In this document: positions 35,200 through 46,800 of the stretch, piece by piece
Position numbering within the stretch: position 1 is the stretch's first letter
How the letters are laid out: each line of letters begins with the position of its first letter
Origin: Tubulanus polymorphus
Taxonomy: Eukaryota > Animalia > Nemertea
Length of the DNA: 64,000 nucleotides
Direction of reading: 5' to 3'
Assembly (NCBI RefSeq): GCF_964204645.1
Contig: NW_027437430.1
Span: 62,001 to 126,000 of the forward strand
Notes under the pieces: model-generated
The model's database searches: none
Told to the model about the DNA's origin: nothing
The model's input: the letters and a program-made list of their open reading frames with translations, nothing else
Program-made: the position numbers and the translations under genes

Positions 35200-35565
35200 T
35201 CATCCATAATTCATTCCTGAAATTATTGTATAGGATCACAGTTGTTTGTGAAAAAATAAATGTATTGATTGAATTAAAAGCTTGTTCCAATTTTTTCATC
35301 GTTTGCAATAAAGTTGTTGACCATCAAATATTAGATTGTTTTTCCTCATTACTATACATAAAGGATCAAAGGTACTTCATTCCTCATCAGCATCCTTTTC
35401 TTCCTCCTGAAGTTCTCAATCACCGCAGAACCTAGTTCCTTTGAATTTCAGGCTTCATCAGAATGAAAATCAACAATTTGAGAGGAAGAATTACATAAAA
35501 ACAACTGATATTTCTATTTTTCGAAAGACTAACTAAATCCGTGCAAAAATTGATGACTAAGACAA

Positions 35566-35907
35566 TCAATCTTCACGATAAAGTTTACTCTTATCGATTT
35601 TTTCCATTTGTTTGTGCCTTCGTTTATCTCTGCATTCCACGTACAATCGACCTTTCCTTCGCACAAAGTAACACGAGTCGCATCTTTTTCGTAGAATTGT
35701 TTTTACTTTATACGACGCCACTTGGGATAAGTTTGAGTTCAATGGCTGTAAGAAACGTGCTGGTTGTGGAGTTTCTGTGTTTCGTGGAGCCACAGCAACC
35801 TGGGGAAGAAAGCTGGAACACGATGGAGTAAAAAGTCTTCGAATATTTGTGGTCCATGTACCACTCACATTTCTCTGAGCAAGCTGAATAAACCCACGCA
35901 ATAGCAT
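35566..35907 (-). CDS. MRPL36: Mitochondrial ribosomal protein bL36m
   Basis: Single coding exon: presequence-like MLLRGFIQLAQRNV followed by YKVKTILRKRCDSCYFVRRKGRLYVECRDKRRHKQ (L36 zinc ribbon). 5'UTR intron with acceptor ~35947 and candidate donor ~36156. Confidence 0.93.
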   Translation of the reverse strand: MLLRGFIQLAQRNVSGTWTTNIRRLFTPSCSSFLPQVAVAPRNTETPQPARFLQPLNSNLSQVASYKVKTILRKRCDSCYFVRRKGRLYVECRDKRRHKQMEKIDKSKLYRED

Positions 35908-36214
35908 CTCCTCCTCAGTTTGGATTTTCTGCAATGTCAATGAAACCTAAAAGAAAAAAATACAGTTTTCAATGTATCGTTGACTAAGTCTGTTCAATAT
36001 ACTCAAATTTGAATTTGTTAGTTACGACAATTTTGGGCCGACGTTAGTAGGCTGTTTAAATTAGTATAATTCACTGAATCGTTCAAAAATTTCATCAAAG
36101 TTGAGTTTATCATTATTTTCTTTCATATAAAAGTCATTTCGATAAAGCTTAAATACCTAGAAATGAGAATTATCGATGATATCAAATGTTTTTAATTCCT
36201 TTTCCCATATATTC

Positions 36215-36370
36215 GTTTTCAGCTAGTGCCACCTGGCGGTGCTTATTTTACTTCCGGGTTTTAGACCAATCAGAGGTGACGATACAATCAAAACCTGAAA
36301 GGAATGATTTGATTGGTTAAACTCTAGGCGGTCTAACTCGAATGAAGAAATCTGAAAAACTTGAAACGGA
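36215..36370. promoter_or_regulatory. Bidirectional promoter MRPL36/TPX2
   Basis: Near-consensus CTCF motif TAGTGCCACCTGGCGG at 36224-36239; ETS ACTTCCGGGT at 36250; CCAAT at 36266 and ATTGG at 36312. Confidence 0.65.
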
Positions 36371-36474
36371 GGAAGTCTTCATCTAAATTGTGGGTATTCA
36401 GCCCGAAAATAAGACGAATATCTGTATTTTATTGAACTGAAGGAGAGTAGAGTAGGCATAGTTATTAATTCAAG

Positions 36475-37587
36475 ATGACTGCAGCTACCGTCAACACAGA
36501 TTGGGAATTCCACGCTCCGCAATTTTTCGATTTTGCCAACCCGGAAGAATACGAAAATGACGAGGCCGATGCTTGGTTTGGTACGTTGATATACATTTAC
36601 AATCATAGGTCCTTACTCTTCCATGGAAGACACACTGGTGGTACTAACCTTGGTTTGGTATATCTAGTTTTTAAGTTACCTTTGCCAGTTGTTTAATAAT
36701 TGTTACCCATTTCTGCTGTAAAAAATCATTATTAGGCCCTACATTCTGCACACTTTTTATACACTGCGCAGTTCAACCAAGCATATTTCTTCATTCATTA
36801 CGTAAAGAAATATATAGGTCTGAATTATCTGTAATCTATAGTAATAATAATACGTCACAGTATCAGATATCGGCATTACGACGGGTAGGGGGTCTGCATT
36901 ATATGATTTCATCCTGCATTTTTTTCAAAATAATGTTCTGTGTTTCTTCTTTCAGATGTACAAGAAACTACTGGTAACATCGATGATGAGTCTGGCTTTT
37001 GCGATGAAAGTCATCGAGAAGGACAAGGTAAACTGATAAAAACTGAACCTATGCAGAGGGGAGTGACTATAATTTAGGCTACATGGCGCGAGACCGATTA
37101 TCTATTATATTTCTAGAAAATCAATCGAAGAGGGGAGAAAAACGTCAAAGAACAACTGAATCAGTGTCGTCTATTCCTGAAGAGAGGTATTTCACAGTTT
37201 TTGACAATTAACCATTTGACTTACAGATTTTTTTTGTTGCACACCAAGATAATTTGCTACAAGCAACATTTATGACATTAAATGTGATGCACGGACATAA
37301 ACATCTTCACCCGTCAAGGGATTCGAACCCACTCTGCTAAAGCCGTTCCCCGAACCCCTTGACCTCACGAGTCGTTGGAGTCGTTACTAGCCGACCAGAA
37401 TCAGGTCGGGCCAATCACAGCGCTTGTTACAAACGACATTAGGCATCTATGGAATTTCCTGGTAAATGGACCAATCAGCGAATGCAGAAGTATTGTCGCG
37501 TGTTGATATATGACGTCATGCGCAAAAGCGCCAGTAATGAAATTGCGCGTCGTGAGGCCAGGGGGCTGGTGGAAGCGAGTTCGGGAG

Positions 37588-37659
<72 letters not shown>

Positions 37660-40600
37660 CCTAGAGTTAAACCAATCAAATCATTCCATAACAGATATTT
37701 ATCTGTTAATGCTTATACAGGGTTCGTAGCGGGTCTTGTAATCCTTGAATATCCTTGAATTTTGGTTGATCTTGAGGCTATCTATGAACCCTGTGATAAT
37801 TTGAGTTTTTTACTGTAAGACTATTTGACTTTTGATTGATTTGCGATAGAAATAAGACCTAGGCCCAAGAATTATTGTTTAAACATATTTGTCATTTGTA
37901 TCCCATGCCTTTTGTCATTAAAGCCCGAGTGCTAAACGGAGGCGAGGCACTCCGCATACACGCAGCACCTCTGTGAAGAAGGCCGTCAGGCGGGCAGTTC
38001 CATCGACAGGAAAACGTGCTACTCCAGTGGTACGAAGACCTCTGCGACCGAACAATCTGCCGACTGGTAAACCACCGATGACAATTAATAAATCAGCTGC
38101 TTCTCGCGTTAAAGTTCCAACCATTCCGGTTACACCAGCGTTTATGAGGTAGGGTCTAATATTATTGTTATTGTTCTAAAGGATCTGTGAGAGGCTCATA
38201 AGAGTCTGTGGTTATCCTCTGAGTAGATGAGTTCATATAAACATTGACTAATTTGATACTCTTCGTTTAGACAAATTGATGAAGCAAATTATTGATTTTG
38301 ATGAATTGAGTCTTACAATTATGCGTCCCGTTTGATATGTTTCAACAGGCGGAAACAAATGAAGACGACAACTGCAAAAACTACGGAACAGATTGAAATG
38401 GCGAAGATCGAAGAAAGTCGTCGTCAGGCTGAACAACAAAGAATTCTTGCGAAAAAATCATACGAACAATTGAACACGGCTAAAGGTCATATGCCTGCGT
38501 ATTCGGCTAAACCGTTAACAAAACCTGATGAGTTTAACTTTCACACCGACACGCGTGTAAAAAGCCACGCGATGGAAACACGAAATGACATCAAGTCACA
38601 AGACTTCACGAGTATGCTTCGAAAACCAGACGTAGCAACAGTAAGTATTTGACTACTGTTAATAGTTATGTTATTGATACAGGAACTAAAGTGAACTGTG
38701 TTTATAGTTCTCATGTCATTATCATTATAAACGTGTTTATTTTTGTTATGAATTTCAACTATTGAATAGATACAATAAACAGTTAAATCTTTTAGAAATA
38801 GAAAAAAACTTGTACCAAGTATTTGTGCATTAATTATTTATTAATGCAATTAATATAATTCAGAGCGAGAGAACTTTTATAAACTCTTTAAATTGATAGT
38901 CACCAAACGAGCTGGATACCAATAGACGTCTGCCAGGCCTCCATCCATCTGATATTGAAGATGATGATGAGTTAGTCGAAACCGGCATCACGATGATTTC
39001 CAGATCTCTCCACGACTGAGATATCTCTGTTAAACCACTTACGGATAATACAAAATCTGTTAAATTATGGTTCCACTGTATAAAAGATTTATATTGCATT
39101 ATTTGAACTTCAAAACAATCTCCATTTTTAGACATATCAAACGAAGGGTCCTACGGTGCCTAAGCCATTCTCTCTGCATGACAACAGACCTGCAGAACAG
39201 GGATACAAATTTGTGTCCGATGCTCAAAAATTGATAGCGTTTCAAAAGAATACTCCAGATAGATTCCATACGCGAGCTAGAAATAAAGGTAATTATAATT
39301 TCACTTTCTAATATATGCGTCGAGCCATTTTCTTATATTCCTTGAGATGCATTTTCTCTCCTGTGTTAACAGCGGCGACACCTCGTAGACACAGTCCTCG
39401 TTTGAATAAACTCACCGTAGCACGAACACCGAATTTAGAGACAAGATGTCGAAAAAGAAATATTCACATAGTTAGTCAAGCCGAGATGGAAGAAAAGGAA
39501 GTCGATGATATTAAACGGTAAGTACCGCTCGCTATAGTGATATGCTAGTACGTTATTCCATTTGTGATAAAATTTTGAATTACTTGATTTGCTTCGAATG
39601 AATTAGGTTTAAATTCCGTGCGAAACCTGTCAATAAGAAGGTATTAGATCAACCAGAAACATTGCCGGAAGTGACGGTGAAAGAGCCGACTGTACCACAA
39701 CCTTTTAATCTTCACGCCGAACGTAGTCATGAACAAAAGTCTGTTGATGAGGAAAGATACGAATTTCATGCTCAGCCCGTTCCAAAAAATATCCTAGGAG
39801 GAGTCGTAGTAAGTAATGGATTTAGTTCTGCTAATTCCTTCAATCAAAATGTAATGGATTTACTGGTATAGGCTCTGTTTGAATATGTTTTTAGGGTGTC
39901 AAACCGGCTAAAGAAATCCAATGTACAGTTCCTGAATCGCCAGCATTCGCTCTGAAAAACAGGGTGCGATCCATAATGGATAAAACTAAAGTTCAGGTCG
40001 GTAAATTGCTTATAGTGTCCATCAAAATTGCTGTTAAATCCATGAGTTTATCTGTACCAAAAAATGATAAATTTGTTTACTTTCACTATAGGAGGAGCCT
40101 GACCAGATAACCGTTAAAGCTAACCCTGTTCCCCACTACGGTTTAGCATTCCAACCAAAATTGAATCATCGAAAAACTGTTCCGCAACCGTTTAGTTTTG
40201 AAGTTCGAGATAAAGATAAAATCCACGCGAAAGAAGAAAAAATAAAACATGTTCTCGAAGAGGAGAAAAAGGTAAACATTTGATGAATTTATGTTGAAAT
40301 CAAAAGTTACGGTAGATAATTGACTATTGATTTGTTTTGATTTCAAGATGCATGTATTCCACGCAAACCCTCTGCCTAGTTCATCACCAGATGATTTACC
40401 TGAGAAGAAAGTTAAGCCTAACACAAATCCAAAACCTTTCAATCTGGAAAGCGAAGTACGCGGCGCTTATAAAACTGGGGAGTGGACAAGAAAGGTTTGT
40501 ATACAAAAGAATCATGAATCAGCTCAAACTTCAAATGATGTAAGTTATTCATCATATCTATATATGTCTTAATTTTTGATATAGATGGAAGATGAAATAA

Positions 40601-41668
40601 AACATCAGCGTCATCAAGCATCCAGTTTTAAAGCTAGACCCAACCGCGTCACTTGTATGAAACCTTTCGAACCAAAGAAAAGTGAGAGATCAGCTTTGGG
40701 TGAGTAGTTAATTCGAGGTCTGACGATCAATTGGTGGTCATGCGATATAACATTCTTCCTGTTAGATAACCAACCATTTGGCAGTAGGTTATGGATGCCT
40801 AAATAAACGTTTAAGCTAATGGCACAATCCAAAATCACTAACTGATCTAATTGATTTTAACATTGAAGTCTTATAATGTGTTTGTGTTACACGTGGTCTT
40901 CAACTTCAGTTAATCTGTCCCCTTTAAATTTCTATGTCTGTTTTGTATTTTCACTCTGTCATTCTGTCGAGCAAACATGGTCCCATTGTCCAAATTTCCA
41001 TGTAAAACCTTATGTGTTATCATCCCCATCTCCTGTCAGGAACATACATTTGTAGTGAAAATAAATGCTGTTTAGATAGAACAGTATAACAGTATAACAG
41101 TAGAACAGTATAAGAATTAAAACTGGCTATTATATGGGATCTGCACGTAATGCGTAGTTCAATTCACAACACAGTTCATAGAACTACGGATTATCTATTA
41201 TCCACCTACACCATTTTAATGTACCAAAAAGCTGGGTCCCGACTGATACGGATTAACCGAGGTTGACTATATTCTTTAATGCCACTTCGTGTTTAAGGTG
41301 AATGTGTTTCATATTTATATTTATGGATTTAACGTAACAACTTTCCGTCATTCTCAGGGAAGGATGAATCTATTTCAGAGGTGTGCGAGATTGAATTGAA
41401 CACGGATCGTCGCGCGGCAGAACGCAGAGATTTCGAACGTCGCAAACGAGAGAAAAAGCAGGAACTCGACGCCGTACTGGACGAGGTGCGTAAACGCAAG
41501 GACACCGAAGAACAAGAAGAAATCGCGAGACTTCGCGCCGAAGCTGTTCATAAGTCGAAACCGATTCGACATTATAAACCAGTCGTTATTCATGGTAGTG
41601 AGAAGACATTAACTACACCTATGTCGCCTAGATTCTCCGAACGTTTAGCTTTCAATAAGAAACAGTGA
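36475..41668 (+). CDS. TPX2: Targeting protein for Xklp2 (spindle assembly factor, Aurora A activator)
   Basis: N-terminal Aurora-A-binding motif WEFHAPQFFDF...ADAWF; repeated T.P.PF motifs, FHAQP, FKARP; C-terminal LNTDRRAAERRDFE...LRAEAVHKSKPIRHYKP...LTTPMSPRFS. About 13 GT-AG exons between 36475 and 41668. Confidence 0.93.
37285..37402 (-). mobile_element. tRNA-derived SINE or tRNA pseudogene fragment in a TPX2 intron
   Basis: Perfect B-box GGGTTCGAATCCC on the minus strand (37318-37330) preceded by GGCTTTAGCAGAGT; no complete cloverleaf found. Confidence 0.45.
37590..37657. repeat. (TA)n microsatellite in a TPX2 intron
   Basis: Directly visible; flanked by GCGA...TCGC. Confidence 0.97.
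38900..39019 (+). CDS. Candidate alternative terminal exon of TPX2 (39 aa then stop)
   Basis: ttgatag acceptor ending at 38899, phase 0 like the upstream donor at 38641; reads SPNELDTNRRLPGLHPSDIEDDDELVETGITMISRSLHD*; less AT-rich than the flanking intron. Confidence 0.45.
   Translation, partial: SPNELDTNRRLPGLHPSDIEDDDELVETGITMISRSLHD
41080..41112 (+). repeat. 8-bp tandem repeat (AACAGTAT, ~4 copies)
   Basis: Directly visible in the last TPX2 intron. Confidence 0.75.
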
Positions 41669-43849
41669 TGCGCAGTGTAGCTATTAATTTTCACAGTAGC
41701 GGGGTAGATAATTCATTGTTATGGAAATAATTTAGGTCTTTGCGTGAAAAACTGTGTGTGATATATCGAAGACATTGTGTAGAATGTATTTGAATCTATT
41801 TCTAACTTACGTATTACTGTTGATTTCGTTTTAAGGGGTATATTCCATTTCGAATCTCTATTTATCTCTAATCAGCTCCTGAAGGGCGCGTAGGATATCG
41901 CTTGAATTTACTGTGACTAGTTTTATCGGGGACTTCTGTCATGAAAAATTTACCAGACATTGAGCATAACAAGTCTTACATTATTTCTCTTGGGATTAAG
42001 ATTTTTCATGGTTAAAAACCACGTTGCCAATATTGCTTCCTAATTGTATCTTGTGAGCAGTTCTTTTATTATTTGTTGCAATTGTATGATATATCGTATG
42101 TTTTATCATTAATAAATTGAGTATGTGTAAATATGTAAATTGTCGTTTTAATTTTGATTTACTGAATCTCGGATCTGTTGAAGTTAGTAAGCATTTTATA
42201 AGGAGTCAATTAGCGAGTTGAGTGCGAACAGTGAGGAACAGTCGCATGTTTGCAGCAGAAGACGAAGTACTACTTTCTTTTGCTGCCACCATATTTGCTT
42301 TCGAAATACACAGGTGTAATTGAAAAATTCATCCAGCATTCGAGATTTTCCAGATAATAGGGCAAGCATGGCATCTTCAGTATTCTCTCTCGTCGTATAA
42401 GGCTAATGATATATCAGATTATGAAGACTAATATAAATGAATCTTTTTCAACTATTTTGCTGGGATCTGATGCATTTTATTTGGAAAAATTTAACAGTCC
42501 ACTGTGTTTATACAATACATATTAACGGAAAAACAGGATCTCGTGGCATAATTGAATTTATTGATTGATATCTACATATCTGTTAAAATCAAACAAAATG
42601 AACGAGAATACGAAAGTCAAATGAAATTTTACTAAATGCCATGTTTAAGTCTGTATTTACAATGAGGCTATGACAACGGCATAATTGAAAACCTTACCAG
42701 AACATTGCTATATACTTACTGCATCATCTTAGCAATTCATACTAAATTTGAACAATATGTCTTCAATGAAAAACCTTCATTTCGAGGAAAAATGTCAATG
42801 TAAATGTCTATGCTAGTTCAATTTTCAAACTAACACAAAGAATGAGTTCTTGCCAACTAAAATGATTTAACGATCTTTCATAATCATATTTTGTTAATTT
42901 AACAATTTCATGACCAAGCATTAAGAGCTTTTGTTTGCCTACATTATGAAACCGATTGATACTAATTGCAGTCTATTATCTATAAATGTCTATAGCGATG
43001 AATAACTACTTTTCAATTATATATCATTCATAGTAAAATGATTTGCATCACATCATTAGCAGTTTGTACAGAAAAAGTGATTTCGAGTACTCGTAGTTTT
43101 AACAAATAGAAATTTGTAAAACTCAACAATTTTGGGACAACAATATACAAAAAAATTATTACGAATCACGGTTAGAATTTTTGAAACATCCCTCACTTTC
43201 AAATTCTCATTTATGTACATGTACTAAGATTTGCGCTCAACTAAGTATCATTATATAGCATACGGTAGAATACCTAGGTAGGTGAAGCTGTGACTACAAA
43301 AATGATGACTGATTCTTTTTTTTAACAACAGAATCCATCCTTATCAAATGTCTAGCATGAAAATTGCCTAATGTTGCTAATTGAACAAACATATATCCAT
43401 GTTAAATTGACTAAGCACATACGGTACATTTTGTACACATATATTTAACACAGATTTTCTGTGGACTTAATGATGTGATTCGGATACGTAGCTACAATAG
43501 TCACACACAAATAAATAGTAAATAGATCGTATCACAAATTTTAGTACTAGAAGATAAAACGGTCTTCAAATTAAACTCATCAATATTCAAGGAAAGATTA
43601 GTCAGTAATATAAGTAAAATACATATCATTGGGATCGAATAAAATATGATTTCTTCACTGAACTATTTCGGGTTAACTTTCCCCTTATATCCATGGTAAG
43701 GATTATCAGTACTTCTGAATTTAGTCTATCAATCCAAGAGCACAAGCTCACTTTCCTATTGACCCTTCAGCAAGCTGAAGATCAGCCACATCTTAGGTCA
43801 CGAAAAATCAATTCCGGGTAAACCCATTTCGAAGTAGTTCCATCTACTT

Positions 43850-46800
43850 TCATTTATACATCATGACTTCTGTACTCTGATACATACACAAGTATGCATC
43901 ACACAAAACCCGACGTGCATACGAAGGCAGCTGGCGATCTTCTTTCAGAGACAATATTCGCTCATGGTTATCATCAGCCAACCATTCCGGAAGCTCTTGA
44001 CAAGGTTGAACTTCGGGAATATTATAGCCATGTTCTTGCCCTATAAGAACAAATGAGACACTTTATATGCATGTTACAATCTTTATTTGTATCGTCATAT
44101 GCTCAGTTATTTCTAGCCAGTCTTAGTTAATTTTTTCTTAACGCGGTATTTACCCATGCGATCAGCCATGCTGTCAAAGAAAACCCACGGTGCTTTTCTT
44201 CCTGGTCCACATTTAACAAACGCTACGTAGTGACTAGTCTCAATACAAACAACGGCAAAGAGCTCCATCATTTCATGGTCAATCTGTACATTACCATCCC
44301 CTAACAGTTCCTTCTGCTGGTTGAGAAAATCTTTGTAAGTTTCCGGTACTATTATTGGCCGAGAAATGTGTTTAGTACGTTCTGCATGCCGGCTGTGGGT
44401 CTGGAAAAAATAGCACAAGTCTAATAATTGAAATCTGAAAGAGAGTTCAATTATCCTGGTACATGAAAATTCTTACCAGATTGAAACATTTTCCACAAAA
44501 AGATGTCTTCCCTGAAAAGTGATTGTAACACTGCTTGCATTCACATTCAGCCAGACATCCACAGACTGCACACTCTCTAGGAGCTAGAATGAATGATAGA
44601 TGACTTTATTACTTAGAATGCCTATTCCATATGTCATAATACTAGAAACCAGTATCATGAAACTCACCATTCATCAGTATATCGGTGATATCCAAATACA
44701 AACTGGGGACAATACGCTGATACATTTTGTAATCCTTGCCAAATCTAGGCATCTGCAGTATCAAACAAGATGGTATCTGAAATATGAAAGTCATAATTTC
44801 TTAACTAAGCAAATTCGATGAATCACCTTTCATTGTAGAGCATTGCATAAAAACCTCTCATCATACCTCAGCTAATTTGATATCAGATTGCAGAAAAGAC
44901 AAATTCAGAAGTTGCTGTGTTGTAGGCAGGACAATTTTCTCATCTTTTTCAATGAATAACTGGTAGAAATACGATTCCTGTCCAGAGCTGGAAATAATCA
45001 CTAAAATCAGATACACACAAAGAAGAATGGCACATGTATCACCTTATTAAGTTATTCATCAGTACCTCAGTTTTATCAAAGGATCTGCTTTCAATGTCTG
45101 TTGCAATAGTGAATTGAGAAATTCTTCTGGATCTGCATGAGAGACACATACATACAAAACATGTTTCCTTAATTCATTAATTGAACGATATATTAAATTT
45201 GTCTGACTGCTCACCTTTTTCCTCACCCATCATGCCATTGACTGAACTGAGTTTGTCAAGAAATGTCCTCAGTTTTAACAATTTGTCGGCTCTTACATAG
45301 AAAAACCTATAATACGTAATGTAACGGTGTAAAGAGAGAGACTAAGCTGGTGAGGTCACCTGTTGATCAGAAAATGAACTATTAGTACACTCCCATTAGT
45401 AATGGGGAATGAATAATGGTGTGGATTTCATCTGTTCCACTCAGTGAAGACATCAATTTTCCGTATCAAGCGAAATATTGGCAACTGAATCTATCGGTGT
45501 AAAAACTCACTTTCTTAAAGGATTCACAATCGACTCTCGGAGAACCTTTTGTATTTCTTCATACTCGTCTAAATCAGTAGCCTTCTTTGGTCGATGAAGA
45601 ATTGTATCAAATACTTGCGTAAATGCAAACATACTAAACAATGTTGCATCCAAGTAACACGAGTTATGGTGACCCTGTAGACCTTTATTCTTCCCACAAA
45701 TATTTGGCAGGTTTTTTTCAACTGTTGGTGGTGAAACATTACCCGGTATGTCTGGACTTTCTTCACTACCAAAGGCTGTAATAAATTTTATATTCTCAAT
45801 TTTACACATAGCAGTAAATGACACCTGAGACAGCAAACAGAAGGCGTAATTCCTTACTTGGTTCTCCAGTTCCATTCAGGTTTTTTGTTTCCTGGAAGCG
45901 TGGGTCCTTGCGCACTTTATTTAGATAAACAAAAAATCCTTTCTTCGAAGGACAGCTAAAAATACGTCGGCCATTGAATGTTCCATCTAAACATGCAGCG
46001 CATTCTTCTTCCTATCAAAGACATTCAATTCAGTTCACTAATCCTAATACATATATAAGTCATGTAAATAGCGACATTATCAAACACAACTCACCATTTC
46101 TAGTCCAGCCACTAGTTTATTACGATCCTTCGCCTCTGGTAAACAACCGATCCATCGAATAACCCCGTAACGCGGAGGATTCTCTAAAACCTCGACCACT
46201 GATCCAATCTCTAAGTCCGCAGTATTCGAATTCAGTGATGTATTTTTTGGGGCCGATGAATCTGAATTTTTACGCGATCGCTCTGATCTACCGTTATAAA
46301 CGCTGTTACCATTATTTGTGACGTAGCTGCCCGCTACAGAATGTTCAGAACGGTTTCTATTAGTCGACGTATTATTACCATTCGACTTTTTATCTGTACT
46401 TTCACTGCTACAACTACTACTGCTACTACAAGAAGGTTCTACAATTTGCGGTACGTCTTTTAACAGCTTCGGTTTGTAATGTTCTGAATTTGGGGGATAA
46501 ACCGGACTTGTATTCTCGGGACTGGAAGAATCTGTGAGATCACTCAAATTGCTAATTCCACTAATATTACTAATGTTACTTGGACTTTGCGATATTCCTG
46601 AAAGTCTACACATTCCATTTTCATGTTCCAACGTGTCGCTGCAGGTGTCTGAAAAATATACACATAAACATAAGTAAATGTAAATATAATTTTTCACTGT
46701 AATGATGAGCCCAATACAAACAAGACGCGAGAAATATCTTTTTACTGGTACTTACCATGGTTCATATCTATGTATGAAGGTCTAACTGGTTCAATATCAG

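Noticed and set aside
37401-37758. ORFs with poly-(YI) tracts here and at 57894-58268
   Set aside because: Translation of (TA)n microsatellites.
38958-39019. Box C/D snoRNA-like motifs (ATGATGA...CTGA)
   Set aside because: No terminal stem; better explained as Asp codons and the stop of the candidate TPX2 exon.
41190-41272. CGGATTAACCGAGGTTGACTA resembling a pogo/Tigger-type terminus (similar hints near 30830-30985)
   Set aside because: Only one end is recognisable, so no element can be delimited.
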